From positions 62,001 to 126,000 of the IMG/VR virus record IMGVR_UViG_3300035156_000206: a stretch of 64,000 nt of DNA. One strand, 5' to 3'. A program made the translations under genes and the position numbers. Positions 17,043 through 25,077 of this stretch are shown here, piece by piece (positions within the stretch are counted from its first letter, which is position 1; every line of letters begins with the position of its first letter). The notes beneath the pieces are model-generated. The model saw only the letters and a program-made list of their open reading frames with translations, did no database searches and was not told where the DNA came from.

Positions 17043-17606
17043 ATGGATTTCAATAAAGACTACCTCCCACAAGCCCTCCGCACCGAAAGCGTTATCGCAC
17101 CAATCACATTCAACAAGAATGTTCTCGACGGTGTTGTTGACCTTGCCATCAACGTTGGCAACCTCGCTGACCTAATCAAAAAGAATGTGGCCTATGGCAA
17201 ACCAATCCCACAAGATGTATGGGATAGTGCTCTGGCTGACATCGTCCACATGGCGACAGTTGTTACTCGCTTCGATCACACCGAGGCAACTCCAGCTTCC
17301 CCACTCAATACCCGTATCTTCCACGGCATCTTTGGTATCTTCACAGAAGCAACCGAACTGATGGAAGCATTCCAGGCAGCATCAATTGGTGGCGAAGAAC
17401 TCGACTTTGTGAACATTCAAGAAGAGATTGGCGACATCTCGTGGTACGAAGCGATTCTGCTCGATGAGATGAAAGCCAGCTTCAATGACATCAATCAGCG
17501 TGTGCTCAACAAGCTGAAGGCTCGCTACCCAGACAAGTTCTCTTCGGAGAATGCGATCACACGTGATCTCGTCACGGAACGTGCAATCCTGGAAGGCAAG
17601 GCATAA
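17043..17606 (+). CDS. MazG-like NTP pyrophosphohydrolase
   Basis: TEATEL, EEIGDISWY, N..KL.ARYP..F. Confidence 0.85.
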   Translation: MDFNKDYLPQALRTESVIAPITFNKNVLDGVVDLAINVGNLADLIKKNVAYGKPIPQDVWDSALADIVHMATVVTRFDHTEATPASPLNTRIFHGIFGIFTEATELMEAFQAASIGGEELDFVNIQEEIGDISWYEAILLDEMKASFNDINQRVLNKLKARYPDKFSSENAITRDLVTERAILEGKA

Positions 17607-17944
17607 TGAGCGAATACACACCTGATTCCTGGGTAGTAGTAAAGCTGGCCGAGTCAGATGCACAAGACCCAGTGTATAAGGTGTTGGCTGGGTGGAGTGG
17701 CAGTTATCTGTATGGCGATAGCTGGAAACTGAACTCTGGTATCACGAAGATCGAGCGGGATGGACCCATATTCCGATTTCATGGTACCTCAGGCAGTGTT
17801 TATGTATGCCATGAGCTTGCGTATGGTCTGTCAAGAATTACCAGTTCTATGATGGCTCAATTCAGGAGTATTGCAGATGAAACTCCAGGCACTATAGTCG
17901 AAATGCTAACGCCAGCGGATGCATTCTCTCTCACCATCAATTAA
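17606..17944 (+). CDS. Conserved phage hypothetical protein
   Basis: YTPD.WVVVK..YKVLAGW.G.YL.GDSWKLNSGI pattern. Confidence 0.8.
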   Translation: MSEYTPDSWVVVKLAESDAQDPVYKVLAGWSGSYLYGDSWKLNSGITKIERDGPIFRFHGTSGSVYVCHELAYGLSRITSSMMAQFRSIADETPGTIVEMLTPADAFSLTIN

Positions 17945-17974
17945 AAGAAAGGCCAGTTCGTCTGGCCTTTTCTT
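17944..17974 (+). terminator. Rho-independent terminator
   Basis: AAGAAAGGCCAG-TTCGT-CTGGCCTTTTCTT. Confidence 0.85.
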
Positions 17975-17978
17975 CGTC

Positions 17979-18001
17979 AGGCATAAATAGTCATTATGCC
18001 T
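17979..18001 (+). promoter_or_regulatory. T4-like late promoter within an inverted repeat
   Basis: ATAAATA 17983-89 inside AGGCATAA/TTATGCCT. Confidence 0.65.
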
Positions 18002-18022
18002 ACATATCAAGGAGCAATACAC

Positions 18023-18565
18023 ATGAAATTCGCACTTATCGAAAGCCTGGACACGATCCGTACAGAGACCGATCAAACAGCCCAGTACATTATGGAATCG
18101 GTGCTAACACACCCAGATCGCGACGTGATCATCGAGTCTGCAGACAGTGTGCTTGGTATTCTTGCTGCAAAGCTGAAAGCCGGGAAACCACTGCAACCAG
18201 CTGAAGTAGATGAATACGCCCAACTATACGCAAGTCTGTCGCTGCTGGCTCAGAACAGCGTTCGCCATGGCTACAACATTGACATCGCCACCCCAGAAGG
18301 TAAAGCCAAGTTCGGCCGCATCGTATCCAAGGTTGGTGAAGATCAGGCTGCTACCGAGAACCTGAAGAAGGTAGCCAACGTGAATGGCCAGTCGCACCTG
18401 AAGCAGATTCGTACTGACCTTGGCAACTTCCCAGCAATGGATCCAGCCAAGCAACAGATCTACATCAATTCCATCAACAAACTGCGTCTCAGCTACGAGC
18501 GCGTCAAGAACCAATTGAGCGCTGCAGTTGCTGCACCTGCTGCTCCGATGGGCGTTCCCGCTTAA
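18023..18565 (+). CDS. Late hypothetical protein, possible head-internal protein
   Basis: SD AAGGAG; N terminus rich in L/I-x-E sites. Confidence 0.75.
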   Translation: MKFALIESLDTIRTETDQTAQYIMESVLTHPDRDVIIESADSVLGILAAKLKAGKPLQPAEVDEYAQLYASLSLLAQNSVRHGYNIDIATPEGKAKFGRIVSKVGEDQAATENLKKVANVNGQSHLKQIRTDLGNFPAMDPAKQQIYINSINKLRLSYERVKNQLSAAVAAPAAPMGVPA

Positions 18566-18570
18566 ACTCG

Positions 18571-18624
18571 TTGACTTTTCATCTCACTTACAGTATAATG
18601 AATTATTGTCTACTGATAAGTGAG
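18571..18624 (+). promoter_or_regulatory. Sigma70-type promoter with RBS-covering hairpin
   Basis: TTGACT-17-TATAAT; CTCACTTACAGTA (18583-95) pairs with TACTG-A-TAAGTGAG (18611-24). Confidence 0.75.
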
Positions 18625-18631
18625 GTGTCCC

Positions 18632-18817
18632 ATGAGTACCGGTTTGAATAGGAATTCGGATGGCAGTGGCACTTCCGAATATGATACACAGTACGCCAAA
18701 GAGTTTCCTGATATTTACATATGCGATCGACCGCGAATCGTTCAGGAAGCCGTAACGTACATGTCAGATCAGCACATGGACAACGAATTTGCACTTATAA
18801 AAAAGCTCCTAAGTTAG
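18632..18817 (+). CDS. Small hypothetical protein
   Basis: Own promoter, SD GAGG, own terminator. Confidence 0.7.
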   Translation: MSTGLNRNSDGSGTSEYDTQYAKEFPDIYICDRPRIVQEAVTYMSDQHMDNEFALIKKLLS

Positions 18818-18828
18818 GAGCTTTTTTT
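18799..18828 (+). terminator. Rho-independent terminator
   Basis: AAAAAAGCTCCTAA-G-TTAGGAGCTTTTTT. Confidence 0.85.
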
Positions 18829-19011
18829 ATACCTACAACCCGTCCCAAAATAATCGTTGATTTTTCTATAATATTATAGTAAAGTTATTTTACTGCGGGC
18901 ACACGTCTCGCATTTTACAACTAGAACTTGGAGGTGACGCACTTGCCCAATATAATACGTCCCATGGTTAATTCTTGTACTGCATTTATTGTACTTTTTG
19001 AGGATTAGAAC

Positions 19012-20340
19012 ATGAAACATCGTATAGCTACAATAGCTGGGTTAATATCTGTTATATGGGGAGTTACAGGCTGCGGCGGTACTGCAGATGATCCCAACAC
19101 CAGCAAACTCGCGGCGGCTCCTGCTGCGCCCACAACCAAAACCCTGGGCACCGTCGTCCAGTCATCCGCAGCCATAGTTAAAGTGTGTGCCGGTCCCAAT
19201 TCGGCTCCAACTTGCAAATCTGGCCCCCTACCAAAGGCCGCCGGCAATGTTCGCAACATGGTCCGCGGCAACTTCGTTTCCCCAGTAACAGCAAGCGCCA
19301 GCTGGCTAGCACTTACTAAAACGCACGCGAGTATTTGCTATATGGGGACTCGCTCCACAACTGTGTCGTGTCTTCCCGTTAAAGCCAATGTTCCGAAGGA
19401 CGTCGACGTCAGCTTCATTGATGCCGGCAGCGGACGAAAGGCTTTGGTCTTTACTACTAAAGCCGGCGCCACTGCAACCAAAGCAGAAATACAGCGTTCC
19501 GTGAGAACGTTCGTGAATGCTTTGGAGCCAGTATCCAAGGCGGTACAGACGCACGCGAAGAAAACATACACGGCAAGGCTACATGCGCTTGGTGGTCATC
19601 CAAGTTACGTATCGCCAATGCTAATCGACGCCGGTGGCGGGTCTTGCAGCTACAGTGGTGATTGGGGATCCTGTGATGGGGGTGGCGGCGGCTACGACGG
19701 TGGTGGCAGCTGGGATACCTGGGACGCAAGTGCAGACCAGTGGGACTATGACACCACGTCATGGGAAACATCAGCCGCAGAATCGGCCGCTGATACGTGG
19801 GGATACCCAGGCAGCGATTGGGAACCAGCTGCTGAAGATCCCTACGCATCGGAATTTCCAGACTTCTCGTCGATCTGGGAGGAACCACCGGTGGTGGCTC
19901 CTGACATACCGCCATCACCTTCCCCATTTCCTGAAGGTGAAATATCGCAGGCAGGGTGGCCAGGGTGCACAGCAAGTGGACCAATAATCATTTGCACATC
20001 TCCACGCCCAGAACCCGTCCCTATTGACCCGTACGATATAGTACCGGTGCCACCACCAACACCGTGGTTCCCTGCTATCCCAACGTGGAGCCTGTGCTCG
20101 GCATTCGGGGTATTCTGCAGTGACAATGACCGAGGCGATGGCGCGGTTCACGGCGGCCGCACTGTGGAACAGCTGAAGCAAGCTTGCTGGGGCACATACG
20201 AGACGGAAGTCGATGTGTGCAATGCCAATGGTGCAATGGGCGACTGGCGGATGCAGCAGGCATGCTTGGACAAAGCATTTTCTCGCTATTCATCGTGCCT
20301 CAGGACTGCTGACAGCGCCGGCAGTGATAGCAATCGATAA
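19012..20340 (+). CDS. Cys-rich lipoprotein with acidic Trp/Gly-rich linker, probably host-derived
   Basis: Lipobox VTGC; about 12 Cys; W/D/G-rich and Pro-rich segments; codon usage differs from core genes. Confidence 0.75.
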   Translation: MKHRIATIAGLISVIWGVTGCGGTADDPNTSKLAAAPAAPTTKTLGTVVQSSAAIVKVCAGPNSAPTCKSGPLPKAAGNVRNMVRGNFVSPVTASASWLALTKTHASICYMGTRSTTVSCLPVKANVPKDVDVSFIDAGSGRKALVFTTKAGATATKAEIQRSVRTFVNALEPVSKAVQTHAKKTYTARLHALGGHPSYVSPMLIDAGGGSCSYSGDWGSCDGGGGGYDGGGSWDTWDASADQWDYDTTSWETSAAESAADTWGYPGSDWEPAAEDPYASEFPDFSSIWEEPPVVAPDIPPSPSPFPEGEISQAGWPGCTASGPIIICTSPRPEPVPIDPYDIVPVPPPTPWFPAIPTWSLCSAFGVFCSDNDRGDGAVHGGRTVEQLKQACWGTYETEVDVCNANGAMGDWRMQQACLDKAFSRYSSCLRTADSAGSDSNR

Positions 20341-20359
20341 GTAGTCGATTGCAATTTGG

Positions 20360-20390
20360 AAAGGGATTTAACGCGCGTTAAATCCCTTTT
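20360..20390. terminator. 30-bp perfect palindrome, probable terminator
   Basis: AAAGGGATTTAACGC|GCGTTAAATCCCTTT plus T. Confidence 0.75.
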
Positions 20391-20413
20391 ACTTTGGGTT
20401 TTAGGAGGATAAA

Positions 20414-20836
20414 ATGAAATTACCGTATGTGTGTATTAATGTGAATGCAAATGGCAACTTGAACTTTAGCCACTTTACAACTAACCCAGATGATCCTTTG
20501 GAAGTAGAGCACTCCTTAAGCGATCTCAATGGGCGTGGGTTCGAAGACACATCCCAGAGTATTGGCCGCACCGTGCTTGCATTAATGGGAAATTGGTTCC
20601 CCGATGTGATGCGGCAGTATCCTAGCTTGGCCGTCCCGTACGATGATCAGGACGACTTGAACCTTCTGCAAATGTTGATTAGCAGATCAGCCCGCGAACG
20701 AACCACAGTTCACTTCCCATCGATTGACACCATTGTGGCTCAAGTCGTGAAAGGCAATCCAAATGCAATAACGCACTCGGTCATCTCAACGTGGCCAGAT
20801 ATCCGAAAGAACATCGCGGAACGTGCACACATCTAG
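20414..20836 (+). CDS. Hypothetical protein
   Basis: SD AGGAGG; AT-richer codon usage. Confidence 0.8.
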   Translation: MKLPYVCINVNANGNLNFSHFTTNPDDPLEVEHSLSDLNGRGFEDTSQSIGRTVLALMGNWFPDVMRQYPSLAVPYDDQDDLNLLQMLISRSARERTTVHFPSIDTIVAQVVKGNPNAITHSVISTWPDIRKNIAERAHI

Positions 20837-20855
20837 TCTTCCGCAGCAACAATAT

Positions 20856-20878
20856 GAGCCTCTTCGGAGGCTCTTTTT
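20856..20878 (+). terminator. Rho-independent terminator
   Basis: GAGCCTC-TTCG-GAGGCTC-TTTTT. Confidence 0.9.
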
Positions 20879-20978
20879 GTACCTGGGCACCCCTGAAAAA
20901 TAAAGGTTGACTAGTCTGTTTCGCTCCTGTATAAATACCCCTGTTGTTGTTATTATTAAACACTTAGGAGTATTTAAT

Positions 20979-21746
20979 ATGAGTCGTAAAGCAGGGCGTA
21001 CCCGGGCAAAACCCACACGTGAAGTTGATGTCAGATTTGAACAGTTTGCAGCCGCTGCTGAAGGTCCGCAGCGTAAGAAAAAGTGGACAAAGCATGACGT
21101 AAAACCTATCCATCCCCTCACAGAAAACCAAAAAAGCATGTTTGTGCATTTCTATCAAGGCGACAATCTCGCTGCGATTGGATCAGCTGGCACAGGCAAG
21201 TCCTTCCTCAGTTGCTTCTTAGCAATCAGTGATGTAGTCGATCACACCAAAGACCAAAAGCAAGTTATCCTAGTTCGCTCGGCTGTTCAGTCGCGTGACG
21301 TTGGTTTCATGCCTGGTACTCTGGAAGAAAAGAACTCGTACTACGAAACGCCTTATCGGGACATCTTTGGTGAACTGTTTGGCCGTGCTTCGACGTACGA
21401 TGACATGAAAGAAGCTGGTATGATTCAATTCATGACCACCTCATTCATTCGTGGACTAACATGGGACGATTCGATCATTGTGATCGATGAAGCACAGAAT
21501 ATGACTTGGGAAGAGATCAACACGATCATGACTCGAGTTGGTAAGAATAGCCGCATTATCGTGTGCGGTGACGTCAAGCAAAACGACCTCATCAAAAAGA
21601 AGAGCGAAGTTAGTGGCATTACCAAGATGTTCGCTGTTCTAAAGCGTATGAACGACTTCTCCACAATCACCTTCACCCGCGACGACATCGTTCGTAGCGA
21701 ATTTGTCAAGCAATGGATCATTGCTACAGAATCGGTTGAAGATTAA
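20979..21746 (+). CDS. phoH: PhoH-family ATPase
   Basis: GSAGTGKS, LVRS.V, GFMPG, RGLTWD..IIVIDEAQN, R.G.NSR..CGD..Q.D; upstream TTGACT and TATAAATA. Confidence 0.93.
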   Translation: MSRKAGRTRAKPTREVDVRFEQFAAAAEGPQRKKKWTKHDVKPIHPLTENQKSMFVHFYQGDNLAAIGSAGTGKSFLSCFLAISDVVDHTKDQKQVILVRSAVQSRDVGFMPGTLEEKNSYYETPYRDIFGELFGRASTYDDMKEAGMIQFMTTSFIRGLTWDDSIIVIDEAQNMTWEEINTIMTRVGKNSRIIVCGDVKQNDLIKKKSEVSGITKMFAVLKRMNDFSTITFTRDDIVRSEFVKQWIIATESVED

Positions 21747-21816
21747 CATCTGCTACTCATAGCGGATGAAATACAAATGGCCCTCACGGGCCATGCAGAT
21801 AACAACAACACAACGT

Positions 21817-21846
21817 AAAAAAGGGCCTAAATGGCCCTTTTTTATT
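21817..21846. terminator. Bidirectional terminator
   Basis: AAAAAAGGGCC-TAAAT-GGCCCTTTTTT between convergent genes. Confidence 0.9.
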
Positions 21847-22144
21847 TTGCTTTGATAGTCTGTCTGATCTCTAGTGCTTGGCTACGAAGCTTCAAGTCTT
21901 GGATGTCCTTATTAATCCCATCCAAACTGCCTTGCACCTTCTCCATTTGTACTTTGTACTCGATGATCTTCTGTTCCTGAACCGAAAGTCTCATTGTGTA
22001 GAACGTCCACGATGACACGATTGTGATTAGCGCCGTAACGATGACCACCACGTCTTTGATCGTGATGCTTGTTGGCATGACCACTTGCAGACTAGGGCCT
22101 GGTGGTACTACCGGTAGTACTGGTGGTGGTGCGCGAGTTGCCAT
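21842..22144 (-). CDS. Membrane protein with TM plus coiled coil
   Basis: One TM and heptad tail; TATAAATA upstream on the minus strand near 22170. Confidence 0.7.
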   Translation of the reverse strand: MATRAPPPVLPVVPPGPSLQVVMPTSITIKDVVVIVTALITIVSSWTFYTMRLSVQEQKIIEYKVQMEKVQGSLDGINKDIQDLKLRSQALEIRQTIKAK

Positions 22145-22313
22145 AATAGTGTTCCTAACCGTTGTGATCGTATTTATAGGCCCTGACTGAATAACCAAAA
22201 ATTGTTCTGGTACACACGGCAAAAGTGCTCGTACAGTGGGAATCGTCCCAAAAGTATAGGTCTATTCCCATGTTCGACTAAATACTGGCAATACTTTTTG
22301 GGATGCATATATC

Positions 22314-22583
22314 ATGGCAGAAACAATTATCGCGTACAGCGGGCATATCCGCTACTGGACATACATTCTTGTGACGGTCTTCTTATTTGGCAGCTTGTTA
22401 GGTGCGGCAGGGGTGGTTAGGCTTAAAAACCTACCAGCTCTTACTTTGATCGATAGTTCTACCAAGGCTCAAATCAATACGGCGGTGAACGAAAATGGTA
22501 ACCGCTTGATGTTACTCGAACGCCGTGTGACTGATCTGGAAGACAAGAACAAGACACGTGCTAACCCGGCGAACATCAAATAA
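22314..22583 (+). CDS. Membrane protein with TM plus coiled coil
   Basis: One TM; TAAATA upstream at 22279-84. Confidence 0.7.
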   Translation: MAETIIAYSGHIRYWTYILVTVFLFGSLLGAAGVVRLKNLPALTLIDSSTKAQINTAVNENGNRLMLLERRVTDLEDKNKTRANPANIK

Positions 22584-22599
22584 TAGGGACATACTCATA

Positions 22600-22923
22600 A
22601 TGGAATATATTTTCAACTTACTCCCGGTCATTTACGTGTACTGGGCGGGGATCCTGGCAGTTTGGAGCCTCATTAACGGTGGGATGATGTTCAAGATCAT
22701 CGCCTCCGCTTGTATTCAATCATACACAAAACAGTCATACCTGATTCTTCTCATCACGGTACTGATTGGAGGTGGCCTTTTGGTTACGTCTGTGTTCATG
22801 ATACCTCAAGTAACAGTTCTCTTCATTGAGATTGCCTGTATGCTCGCTCTTTGGTATACAGTGTTCTTAATTACAGTAAGCCACCTCAACATCGTGGCAT
22901 ATTTGCACTTCCCCGTACGCTAA
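22600..22923 (+). CDS. Multi-pass membrane protein
   Basis: Three hydrophobic segments. Confidence 0.65.
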   Translation: MEYIFNLLPVIYVYWAGILAVWSLINGGMMFKIIASACIQSYTKQSYLILLITVLIGGGLLVTSVFMIPQVTVLFIEIACMLALWYTVFLITVSHLNIVAYLHFPVR

Positions 22924-23006
22924 AAAACCGTACAACTGAAGTTGCCTGTTCTCTTCTGAGACCGATTGGTGTATGATGTATCACCATCGTAACTTAGAAG
23001 AGAACC

Positions 23007-23234
23007 ATGTCTTACTCCCCAGCAGACTCCACCGAAAACAAGATTGACAAGTCGAAGACCTACGTCTTTGAAAATGTCGAAGTGCGCCTTACGGGCCGCA
23101 TCGCAAAGAAACCCTCCACTGTGAACAACAAGATCATACTGATCCAGTATGAGGTCACTCCTGCAGACGAAGAAGGCATCACTTGGAAGAAGTGGGCCAA
23201 AGAATCTGATCTGTTCACCATCTCCGAAGAATAA
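23007..23234 (+). CDS. Hypothetical protein
   Basis: VEVRLTGR.A.K motif; operon context. Confidence 0.75.
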   Translation: MSYSPADSTENKIDKSKTYVFENVEVRLTGRIAKKPSTVNNKIILIQYEVTPADEEGITWKKWAKESDLFTISEE

Positions 23235-23242
23235 GGACTCCC

Positions 23243-24280
23243 ATGTCAAATGTAATCAACTCGCACACGTTTCACGATTTCCAATACCTCGACCTACTGA
23301 GCGATGTGTACAACAATGGCCGCAAAAAAGAAGACCGTACAGGGACAGGCACCATCTCTGTCTTTGGACGTGAGATGCGGTTTGATATCCGCAATAACAT
23401 CATCCCTGTTCTCACTACCAAGAAGATGTACCTTCCAGCTCTCTTCCATGAGATCATCTGGTATCTGTCAGGCACAGGCAACATCAAGTACCTGCGCGAC
23501 AATGGCATCCGCATCTGGAATGAATGGGCTGACGAGAATGGCGATCTGGGTCCTGTATACGGATATCAATGGCGTAACTGGCCTGGACAGCTCAAAATGC
23601 AGCCAACCCATTCAACAACAGATCAATGGGAGACATTAACTTCTGCTGACCTGACTAGTGAATTTTCATTTCACGAAGGTTTCTTGAAGCAAGAAAGCAT
23701 CGACCAGATTGCGGAAGTGATCAAGACTCTCAAAACGAATCCTGATTCCCGTCGTATCATGGTGAATGCATGGAACGTTGGTGAGCTGGATGAAATGAAA
23801 CTGCCTCCATGCCACTTCACATTCCAGTTCTACACAGAAGAGATGACTCTCGATGAGCGCATCTGGTGGTGGTCACGTGAGAGTGGCCTCAATGGCAGCA
23901 GCGTTACTACCATAGGAACCCACGAAGGTCTGGATTTCTTGGCTGTTCCACGTCGTTATCTGAGCTGCAAGATCACCCAACGTTCTGCAGATATGTTCTT
24001 GGGTGTGCCATTCAACATCGCTCAGTACAGCATGCTGACAGCAATGATTGCACAAGTAACCGGTATGGCTGCACGTGAACTGATCTGGAGTGGTGGTGAT
24101 TGTCACATCTATCTGGACCACTTTGAACAAGTCAAAGAGCAATTGCGCCGTGCACCTGTGGCATCCCCAATTCTGGTACTGAATAAGACTGTTGACAATA
24201 TTGACAATTTCGTGTATAGTGATTTCAGCTTGAAGGATTATCGCTCACACGGAGCCATTGCAGCAAAAGTGGCCGTGTAA
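23243..24280 (+). CDS. thyA: Thymidylate synthase
   Basis: RTGTGT, LGPVYG.QWR, LPPCH, QRSADMFLGVPFN, GDCHIY; two insertions. Confidence 0.97.
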   Translation: MSNVINSHTFHDFQYLDLLSDVYNNGRKKEDRTGTGTISVFGREMRFDIRNNIIPVLTTKKMYLPALFHEIIWYLSGTGNIKYLRDNGIRIWNEWADENGDLGPVYGYQWRNWPGQLKMQPTHSTTDQWETLTSADLTSEFSFHEGFLKQESIDQIAEVIKTLKTNPDSRRIMVNAWNVGELDEMKLPPCHFTFQFYTEEMTLDERIWWWSRESGLNGSSVTTIGTHEGLDFLAVPRRYLSCKITQRSADMFLGVPFNIAQYSMLTAMIAQVTGMAARELIWSGGDCHIYLDHFEQVKEQLRRAPVASPILVLNKTVDNIDNFVYSDFSLKDYRSHGAIAAKVAV

Positions 24281-24654
24281 TGAATAGCCTAGGCTTTGTA
24301 TTCAGAGCCTTGGTTCGTGTATACATGGAGGACTGCTACAATCCTCCACGTCTCTGTCACGAATCATTGGTCGAAGAGATGATTACCAAGAGTTACGATT
24401 ACGACGGCAGTGAAGAACGAGAATTCATGCTGGAGGATATCGTGTGGCCGGGGGAAGGATATTTCTCTGTGTGGATCGTTGGTGACATTGTGTGGACCAC
24501 AGACTACTTTGGTGAGTGCGATATGGATATCGAGCCAGACATCTGCGAGATCACCCCTGCACATACAAGAGATATGGAAATCGTTACAGGGTATACTTGC
24601 TACGACAAACCACAACCAGACAATAAGATCGCTGGTATGTTCAAATTTACATAG
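24280..24654 (+). CDS. Acidic hypothetical protein
   Basis: TAATG overlap. Confidence 0.7.
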   Translation: MNSLGFVFRALVRVYMEDCYNPPRLCHESLVEEMITKSYDYDGSEEREFMLEDIVWPGEGYFSVWIVGDIVWTTDYFGECDMDIEPDICEITPAHTRDMEIVTGYTCYDKPQPDNKIAGMFKFT

Positions 24655-24663
24655 GAGACTATC

Positions 24664-25077
24664 ATGTCAGAAAATACCGCTCAACTGTCCTGCAATCAAG
24701 TACGGGAATTAATGATGGCTTGTTTGGTCAAAGACCCGGCGGTGGAATCATTTCCGATCACCGAAGGGCTCGTCCGCAAGTATATGTTCCATCCTGAACG
24801 GATCCAGGAACACAAGAAGGATATCTACAACCTTTTGATGGAACTGGATCCTACGTTCCGTAAAAGTGTTGGCGGTGGGTGGTCATTCCTGCAAATGCCT
24901 GCAAATAAGGATGGGGAGCAGTGGGGCGGACAGATTAACGCTGAAGAGTTGCTTGTCCTCGGCATTGCAGCTGGCCTGATGGAGTACGGGATGCCCCGCG
25001 AAATGTGGAACATTCTGCCAGGCGGTGTACCTTATGTAGTATTCAACGACGATGTTACCTTTAAGGAACCACAATGA
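24664..25077 (+). CDS. Conserved hypothetical protein
   Basis: FHPERI..GGGWSFL...G..W...E.L..LGIA. Confidence 0.8.
   Translation: MSENTAQLSCNQVRELMMACLVKDPAVESFPITEGLVRKYMFHPERIQEHKKDIYNLLMELDPTFRKSVGGGWSFLQMPANKDGEQWGGQINAEELLVLGIAAGLMEYGMPREMWNILPGGVPYVVFNDDVTFKEPQ

Noticed and set aside
19012-20836. Polymorphic toxin-immunity pair
   Set aside because: A strong palindrome and T tract separate the genes and no toxin catalytic motif is recognisable; kept only as a moron
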